A DNA stretch of 64,000 nt from positions 1 through 64,000 of IMG/VR virus record IMGVR_UViG_3300028920_000061; one strand, written 5' to 3'. Of the stretch, positions 9,033 through 19,245 are shown one piece after another. Each line of letters opens with the position of its first letter. Position 1 is the stretch's first letter. This DNA comes from a virus. The notes under the pieces are model-generated. The model was not told the DNA's origin. It saw only the letters and a program-made list of their open reading frames with translations, and searched no databases. Position numbers and translations under genes: made by a program.

Positions 9033-11112
9033 AATGTTTCCGCTTGTATGTGCGGATACTGAAACAAATGGTCTTGATTCACGAGTTGATGAAATTGTTG
9101 AAATCACATTGACAGAATTCAATATATCTGGAATACGCGGAGAAACATTCAGTACATTATGCTATCCAAAATCTGGTATAATTCCATTCGAGGTAACCAA
9201 TATTAATGGAATAACCATTGATATGGTTCAAGGGAAGCCGAACTATCTGGAAGATGGTGTGCGAGAAAAGGTGGCCGAAATTATTGGGTCGCGAACACTT
9301 GTCGGTCAAAATATAGAAAGCTTCGATTTGAAATTTATGAAAGTGAAACCGCAAAAGGTGGAAGATACTTTGATTATGGCACGGCGGCGCTTTCCCGGAA
9401 AATCAAACAAGTTGAAAACTCTTTGCAATCGTCTCAACATACCGTGGAACGATAAGGAATCTCATCGTGCAACATACGACGTTGACAGAACCATTGAGGC
9501 ATATCTAAAACTAAAAAATTTTGAAATCAAGCAAGCTGAGAGGTCAGCCGAAGCACCTATTTTTGCAGCTCACCTTGCTCAAAAAGTCAGCGAGGCTACT
9601 GACCCCTCAAATGTTGGCGTTGTTCCATCTGAAAAAGAAAAGAAACTAATAGCAACGCAGGCGTATTCTTATTCAAGAATAAACCTATACAAGCAGTGTC
9701 CACTCAAATGGTTTATACAATATGTCAAGGGTATTAAGCAGCCGGATGAGCCGTATCTGAAGGTTGGCAGCGTTGTTCATAAAATTGCTGAACGTTCAGG
9801 GGAATGGTGTTTTCGTGAATTGTTCGCTAACAAATTTGTAATTTTTGCAAAGAAAAAATCATTTGAAATCACTTCACCAACAATAACTGAGGTATCTCAA
9901 TATTATAATATTCCATTAGAAACCGTGACTATGCACGATTATGGGAGATTTATATTCGAGCATCCAGAGCTGATCAAAGACAGATTCAACATTCAAGGAC
10001 TGTACAAACTCATTTTCATAATCGAAAAAGAAGTGGCTGGTGAACCTGTCGAGGTTCCATCCATGCCGCCATTATCTGACTATGAGCTCATCATACAGCA
10101 ATGTGTGAATCAGTTCCAAGTAACAGATCCTGAAATCGTGGCTGACATTAGAAGATTGTCAGAACGATTCTATCGGAATGCAAATTTCTCCATGATGCCT
10201 GGAAATATGGTGCTGACAGAGAAAAGGATAGCGTTCGATCGTGAATGGAGAATTTTGTCCGACTTCTTTGCAAACAATACGTTCTTCAGAGCCATCATCG
10301 ACGTTATCTACTACTTTGGAAGAACAATTCTCATAAAAGATTACAAAACCTCACGCACAATGCTTTCAGAAAAAGATATGCCTGATGAGATCCAGCTTCT
10401 CATTTATGTTTTAATGGTGTACAAATTTATCCCTCGTGAAAGTTATGATAAGATTGTCATCGAAATTGATTACATTCGGTTTGGGAAACAGATTCAATTT
10501 GAAATAGACGATGTGGAATTCTATGCCAACAAAGCGTTGAAGTGGATATTGGACGCTATTCAGGATATAGAAAAAGAAATGCTCAAAGATGACGGGACAG
10601 CGTTTGCCCCGGTCCGAAATGAGTATTGCCACACATGCCACATCGCTGCGGATGGAATCTGCCCATTGTTCAATAAGCAGTGTATAAATCAGATTGACGA
10701 TCCTTTTAATTTCGTTGTAGACAATGCTGATGATTGCGTTAAGGCCTGGAAGCGGGTCGAAGCCAACAAATCAGAAAACTTGCGGCTAACCAAGCTCTGC
10801 AAAACGTTTGTGAAATCATCTGAACAGACTATTCGTGTTGACGAGCATGCAATCTTGGATTTCTACACTAAGAAAGATGTGTCGTACGACCCGGTAAAAA
10901 CAGTTCAGTTGCTTCTTGCCAAGAAAGTGCCTATTGAGCACATACTCAGTTGGATGAGCTTTCCGCCTTCACAAGTTCAGAAGTTCCTCGAATACAAAGA
11001 GCTGGAACTCACGGAAGAAGAATTGGAAAACATATCGACAGAGGGCACCAAGACTGAATTCAAGGCAGTAACCGAGAAGGAAGCCAAATCGAAAGGCTAC
11101 TTCAACTCATAA
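9022..11112 (+). CDS. DEDDh 3'-5' exonuclease (DnaQ-like) fused to PD-(D/E)xK RecB/Cas4-like nuclease
   Basis: ExoI DTETNG, ExoII NIESFD, ExoIII HRATYD; then SYSRINLYKQCP, IIDVI...IKDYKT, QL..Y and CHTC....GICP. Confidence 0.85.
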   Translation: MNPEMFPLVCADTETNGLDSRVDEIVEITLTEFNISGIRGETFSTLCYPKSGIIPFEVTNINGITIDMVQGKPNYLEDGVREKVAEIIGSRTLVGQNIESFDLKFMKVKPQKVEDTLIMARRRFPGKSNKLKTLCNRLNIPWNDKESHRATYDVDRTIEAYLKLKNFEIKQAERSAEAPIFAAHLAQKVSEATDPSNVGVVPSEKEKKLIATQAYSYSRINLYKQCPLKWFIQYVKGIKQPDEPYLKVGSVVHKIAERSGEWCFRELFANKFVIFAKKKSFEITSPTITEVSQYYNIPLETVTMHDYGRFIFEHPELIKDRFNIQGLYKLIFIIEKEVAGEPVEVPSMPPLSDYELIIQQCVNQFQVTDPEIVADIRRLSERFYRNANFSMMPGNMVLTEKRIAFDREWRILSDFFANNTFFRAIIDVIYYFGRTILIKDYKTSRTMLSEKDMPDEIQLLIYVLMVYKFIPRESYDKIVIEIDYIRFGKQIQFEIDDVEFYANKALKWILDAIQDIEKEMLKDDGTAFAPVRNEYCHTCHIAADGICPLFNKQCINQIDDPFNFVVDNADDCVKAWKRVEANKSENLRLTKLCKTFVKSSEQTIRVDEHAILDFYTKKDVSYDPVKTVQLLLAKKVPIEHILSWMSFPPSQVQKFLEYKELELTEEELENISTEGTKTEFKAVTEKEAKSKGYFNS

Positions 11113-11305
11113 TAGGACTAGCTTGTGCCGTCCCGAAGGCTTTTTCCAAGCCTAGTCGGAGGTGTTGTGAGTTGGTTTCTAGCCTACTCAACATTTATCA
11201 TGTATGAGCAATATGTTGATAAAATATCGATTATTGCTTACAATGTGATGGAGGCAATGGTGGTCGAAGAGTAATCTTCGACCACCTCTTTCTAAAAGGA
11301 GAATT

Positions 11306-11524
11306 ATGACTAAAACTGAATTAGAGCAACAATTCCCTCAATCACAAAGAAGATGTCGCATCTTTGGGATTGATCATGCTCCTAAAAAGGATATGACTAT
11401 TGTTGCTATGTATGAATCGTGGAACGATGGCGCCGACTGGGATGTTGTTCTTGAGCTGAAAGAAGAATTCAGTAAGTATCCAGGCTTAGTAAAGGGGACA
11501 TTACGACAATATGGATATAAGTGA
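11306..11524 (+). CDS. Small hypothetical protein
   Basis: RBS AAGGAG. Confidence 0.55.
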   Translation: MTKTELEQQFPQSQRRCRIFGIDHAPKKDMTIVAMYESWNDGADWDVVLELKEEFSKYPGLVKGTLRQYGYK

Positions 11525-12362
11525 AATTCTCAATACAATTACCTTTGAAGGTAACATTTTTTTTAAGGCTAACATTAAAGGCATTCAATACATAAAGCTG
11601 ACCCCATGCTACGATGTAGAGCATGGAATAGTTTTGAAAGCCATTACCCCCGGAATCAATGATGTAACTCTTGATAAGAAATGGCTCAAACTTGAATACA
11701 GCAAGGCGAACGAACTGTTTAGAATTAATTGTCCATCCTTTCTGAAGCAGTATCACGGATCAAGAGTTGTGGTATATGAAGATTGTTACGATTCAACAAA
11801 TGAGTTATGCCGTATTAGAAGAGAGAAAAGTGATTTTTCAAAAATTAAGCATCTCGTTAAGATACCAAAGTCAATCAAATACAAACCATTTTTTTCAAAT
11901 AATGCAAGATTACACATATCTTTATCATACGTCAGAAATAATTTCCCATCGTCTGTAAAGAACAATCCTTACATCATGGTATCTCTAATAGACAAGAATG
12001 TTATAAATCACAATATTGTGGTATCCATATTTAGTGGGAGTGATTTACGCAAAGGTGAGCTTGCATTCAAATTGAAACGGTATGAACATGAACTTGCCAC
12101 GCCTCCAATTAGAATTCTTCAAAAGCATTTGAACAATAGAATTCAAAATTTCATATATCAAAAATATGAATGGGCAAAGGATATGCTACTCATACATTTA
12201 CGCGAGGAGTTTATAATTGAAAGACGTAATAAAAGAACTAGACGACGTGTATCTAGCTTACGCAAAAGAGCTCAGCGAGCTCGTAGACAAGGAGATGCAA
12301 ATCGCGGAGCTGAGGCGGAGTATAGAAGACAAAAGAGAATCGTTAATTTCAAACGAAAGTGA
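11511..12362 (+). CDS. Hypothetical basic protein
   Basis: 283-aa ORF; C-terminus overlaps the next ORF. Confidence 0.5.
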   Translation: MDISEILNTITFEGNIFFKANIKGIQYIKLTPCYDVEHGIVLKAITPGINDVTLDKKWLKLEYSKANELFRINCPSFLKQYHGSRVVVYEDCYDSTNELCRIRREKSDFSKIKHLVKIPKSIKYKPFFSNNARLHISLSYVRNNFPSSVKNNPYIMVSLIDKNVINHNIVVSIFSGSDLRKGELAFKLKRYEHELATPPIRILQKHLNNRIQNFIYQKYEWAKDMLLIHLREEFIIERRNKRTRRRVSSLRKRAQRARRQGDANRGAEAEYRRQKRIVNFKRK

Positions 12363-12711
12363 TGGAAGTCATGGTGTTGATATAAGTGCTCATGCATTCA
12401 AACAGATAAGTGAACGCTTAGAAATGCTGGCTCTTGATAACGATATTATATATCGTGATTTTGTAAATCTTAATGAGCCAACAAAGTCTCTATCAATACC
12501 ATCAAACCTAAAATCGTTTATCTTTACCCTTGTTGCAAGCGCTAAGAAAAAAGGCAGCTACAGCAAAGAAAATTCTAAAAATACTGAAGATGGTTTTGAG
12601 TTCAGATATAATATAGAAATAAAAAAATGGAGCAGCACAAAAAGCACTCTTCAGTTTGTATGTATTGTTGAGAATGGAAATATTAAAACAGGATATTTCA
12701 ACTGGTTATGA
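12217..12711 (+). CDS. Hypothetical protein (coiled coil plus small alpha/beta domain)
   Basis: RBS GAGGAG before TTG; stop overlaps the SNF2 start. Confidence 0.6.
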   Translation: MKDVIKELDDVYLAYAKELSELVDKEMQIAELRRSIEDKRESLISNESDGSHGVDISAHAFKQISERLEMLALDNDIIYRDFVNLNEPTKSLSIPSNLKSFIFTLVASAKKKGSYSKENSKNTEDGFEFRYNIEIKKWSSTKSTLQFVCIVENGNIKTGYFNWL

Positions 12712-14525
12712 GTATTAACGTATCATTCTACGATAAATACAGGTTGAAGGTTGAGTGCATTGATCGAGACATGCTCGATTCAATCAAAATGGCTACAGAT
12801 GGAAGGCTTATTAGAAATGAGCCGGCTGCATTGATTCATTACAAATCCTGCACAAAGCTGGCCATGTGGAAGCAGATTCCATTTAAATTTGCCCCTGGAG
12901 TTCTTGAATTTATTCAAAAAGTTCATAAAAACATCCGGGAAAGAATACAGACTGTATCAAAAATAAGAAACCAATATGGCAAAAACCCTCATTTCGACTA
13001 TGATTACAAAGGGGTATATGAAGCACCACTTGAACACCAGAAAGTCATGTTCAATGGCCTCGTATACACAGACGCCTGCGCTCTGCTTGCCGATCCTGGC
13101 ACCTGCAAGACCGGCTCTTACCTCTGGGCTATTGACAAGAGAATTCAAAGGGGTCAAGTAAAAAAGGCCCTTGTCGTTACACTCTCTCCCTTGAAAGAAA
13201 ATGTGCTTGAAGAGATGGGTGTTCAAGTTCCACACCTTCGCGGCGTTGTATTGAAAAATACGGCGCATTCTAAAAATGTCCTTTTGAAAAAATACAAACA
13301 GGAGAAAAACAATAAAGACTACGATATCTACATATCCAATTATGAGGCGGTATATGGGCTTTCTGATTTTCTTCCGCAAGGATATTTTGATATGGTAGTT
13401 CTTGATGAAGCCCATCGAGCCGGAACCCCCACCTCAAGGCAGACTAAATCAATTATTAAGGCTTTTGATTTTGTACCATACAAGTACATTATCACGGCAA
13501 CCCTTCATGCAAATCATTTGATGAGCTTCTTCATGCCATTCAGATTCCTCGGGCCTGATACGGTTCCATTTGCTAATTGGGTTGAATTCAGGCGTCGATA
13601 TATGTATTCTGTCGATAAAGAAGGGCATATATGGAAGCCATCCCCAGGTTCTATAAGAGAGGCCACCAAAATAACTGGCAAACTTTCATTCCTGTTCAGA
13701 AAAGAGGATTGTCTTGATCTTCCGCCTCTAATTAAAGAGACGGTGTATTGCGATATGGCTCCTGGCCAATCCAAACTGTATGAGCAAATGAAAGCTGACA
13801 TGGTTGCGATCATTGATGACATGTGTTCAAAATGTAACAAGCGTGGTCAGTGTGACATGTCATGTCGAGAGTCTGTTTCTGCAAAAAATGCACTTGTTCT
13901 ACTGACAAAGCTCAGACAGATATGCTGCGGATTCTATATCAACACCAGAATCAAGGTGAGTGATAGTGGCCGTGAAATCAATGACAGTAATATCATAACA
14001 CTGCCTGAGAATCCGAAGCTGGACTTGTTGATGAGTATGATATCCAATGTGCCCCAGGATAAAAAAATCATTATTTGGAGCACATATGTTCACGCTATCG
14101 AATTGATAAGAGATCGTCTTCGTGCAGCATATGGAAATAAGAGCACGTTGACATGCTACGGTAGCCAGGACGCCTACAAGGTGGTTCAGGAATTCAAAAA
14201 GCCTGAGCATTCATTCGTGGTCGCAATGACATCAAAACTGGGAGTTGGTCAGAATATGCAATATTCCAACTACCAGTTCTTTTTCAACAATTCATATTCA
14301 TCAATACAGAAAGAGCAGGCACTTGGTCGCCAGCATCGTCAAGGGCAGACAGAAAAAGTGACTGCCTTTGAATTCATTGTGAAAAAATCTATTGATGAGA
14401 TTGTACTTGGTGCTTTGAATTATAAAAAAGATTTGTCTATCACGTTGTCTCGTTTATCAGTGGTTATTCAGAAAGGAGGATATGACCCGGAAAACGACAA
14501 CAGTTCAATCTCACTCGAAGATTAA
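12708..14525 (+). CDS. SNF2-family SF2 helicase
   Basis: DPGTCKT, VLDEAH, TAT, motif VI QALGRQHRQGQ. Confidence 0.9.
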   Translation: MSINVSFYDKYRLKVECIDRDMLDSIKMATDGRLIRNEPAALIHYKSCTKLAMWKQIPFKFAPGVLEFIQKVHKNIRERIQTVSKIRNQYGKNPHFDYDYKGVYEAPLEHQKVMFNGLVYTDACALLADPGTCKTGSYLWAIDKRIQRGQVKKALVVTLSPLKENVLEEMGVQVPHLRGVVLKNTAHSKNVLLKKYKQEKNNKDYDIYISNYEAVYGLSDFLPQGYFDMVVLDEAHRAGTPTSRQTKSIIKAFDFVPYKYIITATLHANHLMSFFMPFRFLGPDTVPFANWVEFRRRYMYSVDKEGHIWKPSPGSIREATKITGKLSFLFRKEDCLDLPPLIKETVYCDMAPGQSKLYEQMKADMVAIIDDMCSKCNKRGQCDMSCRESVSAKNALVLLTKLRQICCGFYINTRIKVSDSGREINDSNIITLPENPKLDLLMSMISNVPQDKKIIIWSTYVHAIELIRDRLRAAYGNKSTLTCYGSQDAYKVVQEFKKPEHSFVVAMTSKLGVGQNMQYSNYQFFFNNSYSSIQKEQALGRQHRQGQTEKVTAFEFIVKKSIDEIVLGALNYKKDLSITLSRLSVVIQKGGYDPENDNSSISLED

Positions 14526-14594
14526 TTAATAATATTGTTACATTGTTACAGAGAAGGCGCTTATGATTAAGCGCCTTTTTTATTGGAGGAAAAA

Positions 14595-14978
14595 ATGTCA
14601 AGTTTAAAAAATTACGATGCCAAACTTTTACAACTCCGTAAAATGATTGGTAAAACAAAGACTTTCAAGGCCCTTCCGGTCAATGGTTCTTTTCAGAATT
14701 TTTTGGTCAAAAATGGCTATCTCACAAAAGTTGGAAAGAATTACAAAATTGAATCTTCTGTTAGTAAGTTGAAGCCTGAAGATGTGTCAATTGCCATAAA
14801 ATCTTACTGGAAGTCAAGAGGCAAACGTGCCGCAAAGAAAAGTTCTCCAATCAAAAATGATCAACATGAGGTTGATAATAGAAACGAGATAAAACAAATT
14901 CTCGAACAATTGGAAATAACCAACCACCGTTTAACGGCAATTGAATCGGCATTGTTTCGTATTGGCTCACAAATATAG
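14595..14978 (+). CDS. Hypothetical basic protein
   Basis: RBS GGAGG before MSSLKN. Confidence 0.55.
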   Translation: MSSLKNYDAKLLQLRKMIGKTKTFKALPVNGSFQNFLVKNGYLTKVGKNYKIESSVSKLKPEDVSIAIKSYWKSRGKRAAKKSSPIKNDQHEVDNRNEIKQILEQLEITNHRLTAIESALFRIGSQI

Positions 14979-15024
14979 TGGGCCATCATTGGCCCTGTAT
15001 TAGCTCACAAATGTAAGGAGAGTT

Positions 15025-15612
15025 ATGAATCAAGAGCAAAGAAAATCGATTAATTCGTTTTTAGACAATTATACGTTACTTCATGTTAGACGCCACCCGA
15101 AGTCTAGCACAAAGAGCATATTTCTAAAAGCGATTGACAAAAATCCATTTGCGGCCCTTTCCATATTTTCACAATCACTTGATGTTATGATGAGCACAAG
15201 TGATTTAAAAGAACTTGAAAAAGCTCTTGAAAATAATGATGTGGTTGCAGGAAAAAAGATTGCCAAGAATGGAATAATTTCCTTTGACAATTACAAATGC
15301 ATGAGAATTGGCGTTATGAGAGATGTAAAAAAACGTCTTTCTGTAAGAAATGAAAGTATCGTTGGTGCCAGCACATTTGGTCAAATACATGAAAAAGACA
15401 TGACCCAGGAAGACGCGGCAGAATGGATGAAGCCGCAGCTTGCACGAATGAAAAATGAATCACCATTATGGCAAAGAATGTGCACAAAGATGGAAAAATC
15501 AAAACTTAAGAAAGCAGTTAGGACTATCAAACTGTTTTCAGAGCACATTCGCGATCAAGAGTTGGCTGACAATGCGTATGAAAGCGTAAAACTGTTTTTC
15601 AAGCGCCCATAA
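15025..15612 (+). CDS. Hypothetical protein
   Basis: RBS AAGGAG; 195 aa. Confidence 0.6.
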   Translation: MNQEQRKSINSFLDNYTLLHVRRHPKSSTKSIFLKAIDKNPFAALSIFSQSLDVMMSTSDLKELEKALENNDVVAGKKIAKNGIISFDNYKCMRIGVMRDVKKRLSVRNESIVGASTFGQIHEKDMTQEDAAEWMKPQLARMKNESPLWQRMCTKMEKSKLKKAVRTIKLFSEHIRDQELADNAYESVKLFFKRP

Positions 15613-15664
15613 CGTATTTTTGTTTCATTTGTTGTTACATTTCAATTTTAAGGAGTTACATAGC

Positions 15665-15961
15665 ATGGGAAAACTGTACGTTGGTAATCTGCCCTTCTCT
15701 TCCACCGATGAAGACCTTAAAGCGCATTTTGAACAGGCTGGCCCTGTTGATTCAGCTAAAGTAATTAAAGACTTTAGCGCTGATAAGGATAAGGGGCGGT
15801 CTCGCGGGTTTGGCTTTGTAGAGATGGAAAGTTCTGATGAGGCGATGGACCAACTTCAGGGATCTGATCTTGGTGGACGTAATATCAAGATCGACCTTGC
15901 GAGAGAAAAAGAAAGGCGTGAACCTCGCGGTGGTAAAGAAAAGAATTACCAAGGGCGATAG
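15665..15961 (+). CDS. RRM (RNP-1) RNA-binding protein
   Basis: RNP2 KLYVGNL and RNP1 RGFGFVEM; RBS AAGGAG. Confidence 0.92.
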   Translation: MGKLYVGNLPFSSTDEDLKAHFEQAGPVDSAKVIKDFSADKDKGRSRGFGFVEMESSDEAMDQLQGSDLGGRNIKIDLAREKERREPRGGKEKNYQGR

Positions 15962-16101
15962 CTTCGAACATGTTGATGAAATGAAACGACTGTTGAACGA
16001 AATCAATAATCGTTCAACAGTCGTCTGTGGCTATATTTCTGAAGTCTGCTTAGTTCCAAATATTTTGCAAATTGAAGCTAACAGACTTCGGAATTCATTG
16101 A

Positions 16102-16455
16102 GTGAATTTTCAAGACACTTTGGAAGGTTTTATAATAATGTCAACACCGCTATCCAAGATGGGAAAGAATCAAATTGAATTTCTTTTGAAAGACAACAAT
16201 GACCCGACGGTGGCAAAGCAATTTGGTATTACTAGACAGGCCGTTTATAACATCAGAAAGAAATTTGGGATCCCGTCCTCCAAATCTAAAGCTTCAGATA
16301 AGAAACAAAGAATTATTGAACTTCGCAATGAAGGGTTGTCAGTTACAAAAGTTTCATCTGTATGTAATGTTTCTCAGTCATATGTTTATAAGGTTTTGAA
16401 AGAGGCTTTCAATGCCCAGAAAAGAGAGAATTCTTCAGACCAAAATCCTTCGTGA
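16102..16455 (+). CDS. Tandem helix-turn-helix DNA-binding protein
   Basis: VAKQFGITRQAVYNIRKK and VSSVCNVSQSYVYKV HTH-like segments; start may be a downstream ATG. Confidence 0.65.
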   Translation: MNFQDTLEGFIIMSTPLSKMGKNQIEFLLKDNNDPTVAKQFGITRQAVYNIRKKFGIPSSKSKASDKKQRIIELRNEGLSVTKVSSVCNVSQSYVYKVLKEAFNAQKRENSSDQNPS

Positions 16456-16705
16456 CCTGTGCTCCCTCGGTAGATTCTGTGTTGCTTTTGATATTATAAA
16501 ATGTGGCGAAGATGGAGTTCCAGACATCTTTTTTACCACTGAGAACACAGGGGCCATTTTTATTGAAGCAAAGGATCCTGATGGCGTTCTCAGCAAAAAG
16601 CAAGAAGACATGGTAGCTAATCTAAAATCTTGCGGTGTCAAAGCTGCTGTAATATGGTCATGGCAGGAATGGGTTGAATTTAAAAGAAGGATTGGCCTTG
16701 GGTAA
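16412..16705 (+). CDS. VRR-NUC domain nuclease
   Basis: E..LQ..I, GVPDI, FIEAK..G.LS..Q motifs. Confidence 0.85.
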   Translation: MPRKERILQTKILRDLCSLGRFCVAFDIIKCGEDGVPDIFFTTENTGAIFIEAKDPDGVLSKKQEDMVANLKSCGVKAAVIWSWQEWVEFKRRIGLG

Positions 16706-17354
16706 GATATTGATAATTGGACATCCTCACGGGGCTACATCATATACTGCCTCCCTTCTTCAAAGTTTCGGTCTTGATATACGACATGAGGATCATCGTG
16801 GAAAAGACGGTGTTGTAAGCTGGCTATATGCTGTTGACGATTCGTATCTTAACGGCCGGCGCGGCCCGAGGCCTGAAAGAGTAGCCCTTAAACAAAGGGG
16901 TCCTTTAAATCAATACGATATCGTTCTGCACCAAGTTAGAGACCCTCTTAAATCAATAAGGTCAATATTTACATCGAGCATGTGGACCAGGAAATATCGC
17001 AAAAATCATATTCCAAACCTTGATGGAAGCGACATTGTAATGGGGATGATATCCTGGGTTGAGTGGCATAAGATTTGTGATAACGTATCCCAATGGACGT
17101 ATCGTGTAGAGTCTTTATCTGAAAAAATCATTTGGAACGAATTCAAGGCAAGATGCCAACTTCCAAATAACGCTGAGTTTCCAACCGATATCAGTACTAC
17201 ATGGAATAGTAAGCGTCATAAGATACCAATCGTATCTAATTATCCTGAAGAATGGACATGGAGAGAACTTTCTCAGATTGATCGCCACTGGGCCAAGCAA
17301 GCCTACCATTTAGCCAAATCCTACGGCTACGAATATGATAATTATTTGTTGTAG
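16674..17354 (+). CDS. Sulfotransferase-like (P-loop fold) protein
   Basis: IIGHPHGATSY (PAPS 5'-loop-like), VRDPLKSIRS (3'-PB-like), YRVESL, LAKSYGY. Confidence 0.55.
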   Translation: MNLKEGLALGKILIIGHPHGATSYTASLLQSFGLDIRHEDHRGKDGVVSWLYAVDDSYLNGRRGPRPERVALKQRGPLNQYDIVLHQVRDPLKSIRSIFTSSMWTRKYRKNHIPNLDGSDIVMGMISWVEWHKICDNVSQWTYRVESLSEKIIWNEFKARCQLPNNAEFPTDISTTWNSKRHKIPIVSNYPEEWTWRELSQIDRHWAKQAYHLAKSYGYEYDNYLL

Positions 17355-17425
17355 TGTTATTTCATTTTTGATTCTGTAATAATAATAGTAGAGATGTTTA
17401 TCCGCTATTTTTTTATGAAGGAGAA

Positions 17426-19237
17426 ATGATGTATGGATTTGTAGAAACGGATATTGCCGATATTTTGTTGGATCGTAACCTCATAGAGCCGTATGAAGAG
17501 TTTGCTACGACAAGCGGTGAGAGGGTAGCTATGCTTGAAAAGGAAGATTTTCTTCTTGTAAAACAAATTTTGGTTCGCATGTGTGGAGAAGAAAAAGTTC
17601 AATTACTCAGTAGCGATGTCGTTGGAATGTATATACTTCTTTATCCATATTGGATGCATGAGAATTTGTTTGACGCACTCACACCTGGCCCAGTAAAAGA
17701 ATCTCCATTATATCTTGAGATACGAACTGAACCATCAACTTCACGATTTAACTGGGATAGTTTCATAATCTCTTTTAAAGAACTTTTGGATATAATTTTA
17801 ACTGAAAATGAAGAATGTGACGATATTGATGAGGAAGAATCGACAGAAGAGGATCCAACGGAAGAAGAACAGGCCGTTCCGCCGAATTTCAATCCAGGCT
17901 ACAGTTTTGCCAAAGATTTTTTTAAATGTTATGATTTAGGATTCAGGGAAATAGAAATTGATAATATGCAATTTCTTATCCATTGGAATAGTAATATTCT
18001 GAACAAAACAGTGACGGAAATTGCTACACGGCTCAAGAAAAATGTAATTGTGCTTTCAGGATCGTGGTCTTCCAGAACTCAAGGTATTGAAAGGCATAAG
18101 GACGCGCTTAATCATGTTCTTATCATACATACCAATCCGGATCATTTAAAATTTCTCTACCCGCCAATGGAAATGGAACATACGCTATTTGGGTATGAGT
18201 TGAGAAAGCTCGCTCAGATTCATGGCAACAGTAGTGATATAAATCATGATCCAAACAATCCTCATCCTATCAGTCCTGTTTATTCTGATTTCGATTATGT
18301 ATATCGAGATTATAAAACGGGTATTGTCTGGGCGTTACAGAAGAATATGCAAATATTTTTCATGTTTGATTTGCTTGATGTTTCTGAAGACCTTCGATAT
18401 ATTGTACTTGAAGAATTGATTGATCGATTTAATGGTGCACTTTCGTATGAAGAAATGGTAAAAAGAGATATTGAACATTTCAATATGAAATCTCAGTATA
18501 TCAAGGAAGAGTTTCTGAGTATGGCCATTAAAAATTCTAATAGCCTTATAGAAGAATTAAAAAATCAATATCTTTACGCAAAAGAACAATATGCTGAAGC
18601 TCTTGACAAGGCTATGGAGTTTGGAAAAGTAGCCCAGCGTCTTGAAGAAAATCTTGTCAGCCTTGATGAAGACAAGATTAAAAATAAAGAAGCTGAACGT
18701 TGTGAAAAAATGTTTGATGACGTTCTTAACATACCTAAGGTTGCCGCGATCAAATTAAAAGGAAGTGCCGTTCATGTTTACACGAAAAATATATATGTGA
18801 AGCATGATAAAGAAGGCACTTGGCATGATGTTGGTACGTTCAATATCGAAATAGGAATGTATGGGAATACTTATAACCCATCTAAAACTGTCAAGATATT
18901 TAACACCAAACATCAAATGCATGCATTTAATTCACAAATGCAAGCCCCTCATGTATTCGATGATGGCCATTTATGTCATGGTAATTTAACTGCTGGTATG
19001 ATTGATGCCTACAAAAGACGAGATTTATACCAAATGATTTTGATGATTATCATGTTCCTTGAAAGTGCGAATCTTGACGATGCCGCTGGAGCCTATTTAC
19101 CACGATGGCCTGAGGTTTCTGAAGAAATTGCCACACAACCTGAATCAGATGATAATGAAACAACGGTTGTGTTCCAAGAACAGACAGAAGAAGAAAAAGA
19201 ATTTGATGAAATACTTGATATACCAATTCACATATAG
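17426..19237 (+). CDS. Large protein with coiled coil and C-terminal prokaryotic E2/UBC-like domain
   Basis: QAPHVFDDGHLCHGN resembles the UBC HPN...G.ICL active-site region; operonic with JAB, E1 and Ubl. Confidence 0.6.
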   Translation: MMYGFVETDIADILLDRNLIEPYEEFATTSGERVAMLEKEDFLLVKQILVRMCGEEKVQLLSSDVVGMYILLYPYWMHENLFDALTPGPVKESPLYLEIRTEPSTSRFNWDSFIISFKELLDIILTENEECDDIDEEESTEEDPTEEEQAVPPNFNPGYSFAKDFFKCYDLGFREIEIDNMQFLIHWNSNILNKTVTEIATRLKKNVIVLSGSWSSRTQGIERHKDALNHVLIIHTNPDHLKFLYPPMEMEHTLFGYELRKLAQIHGNSSDINHDPNNPHPISPVYSDFDYVYRDYKTGIVWALQKNMQIFFMFDLLDVSEDLRYIVLEELIDRFNGALSYEEMVKRDIEHFNMKSQYIKEEFLSMAIKNSNSLIEELKNQYLYAKEQYAEALDKAMEFGKVAQRLEENLVSLDEDKIKNKEAERCEKMFDDVLNIPKVAAIKLKGSAVHVYTKNIYVKHDKEGTWHDVGTFNIEIGMYGNTYNPSKTVKIFNTKHQMHAFNSQMQAPHVFDDGHLCHGNLTAGMIDAYKRRDLYQMILMIIMFLESANLDDAAGAYLPRWPEVSEEIATQPESDDNETTVVFQEQTEEEKEFDEILDIPIHI

Positions 19238-19245
19238 GAGGTATC

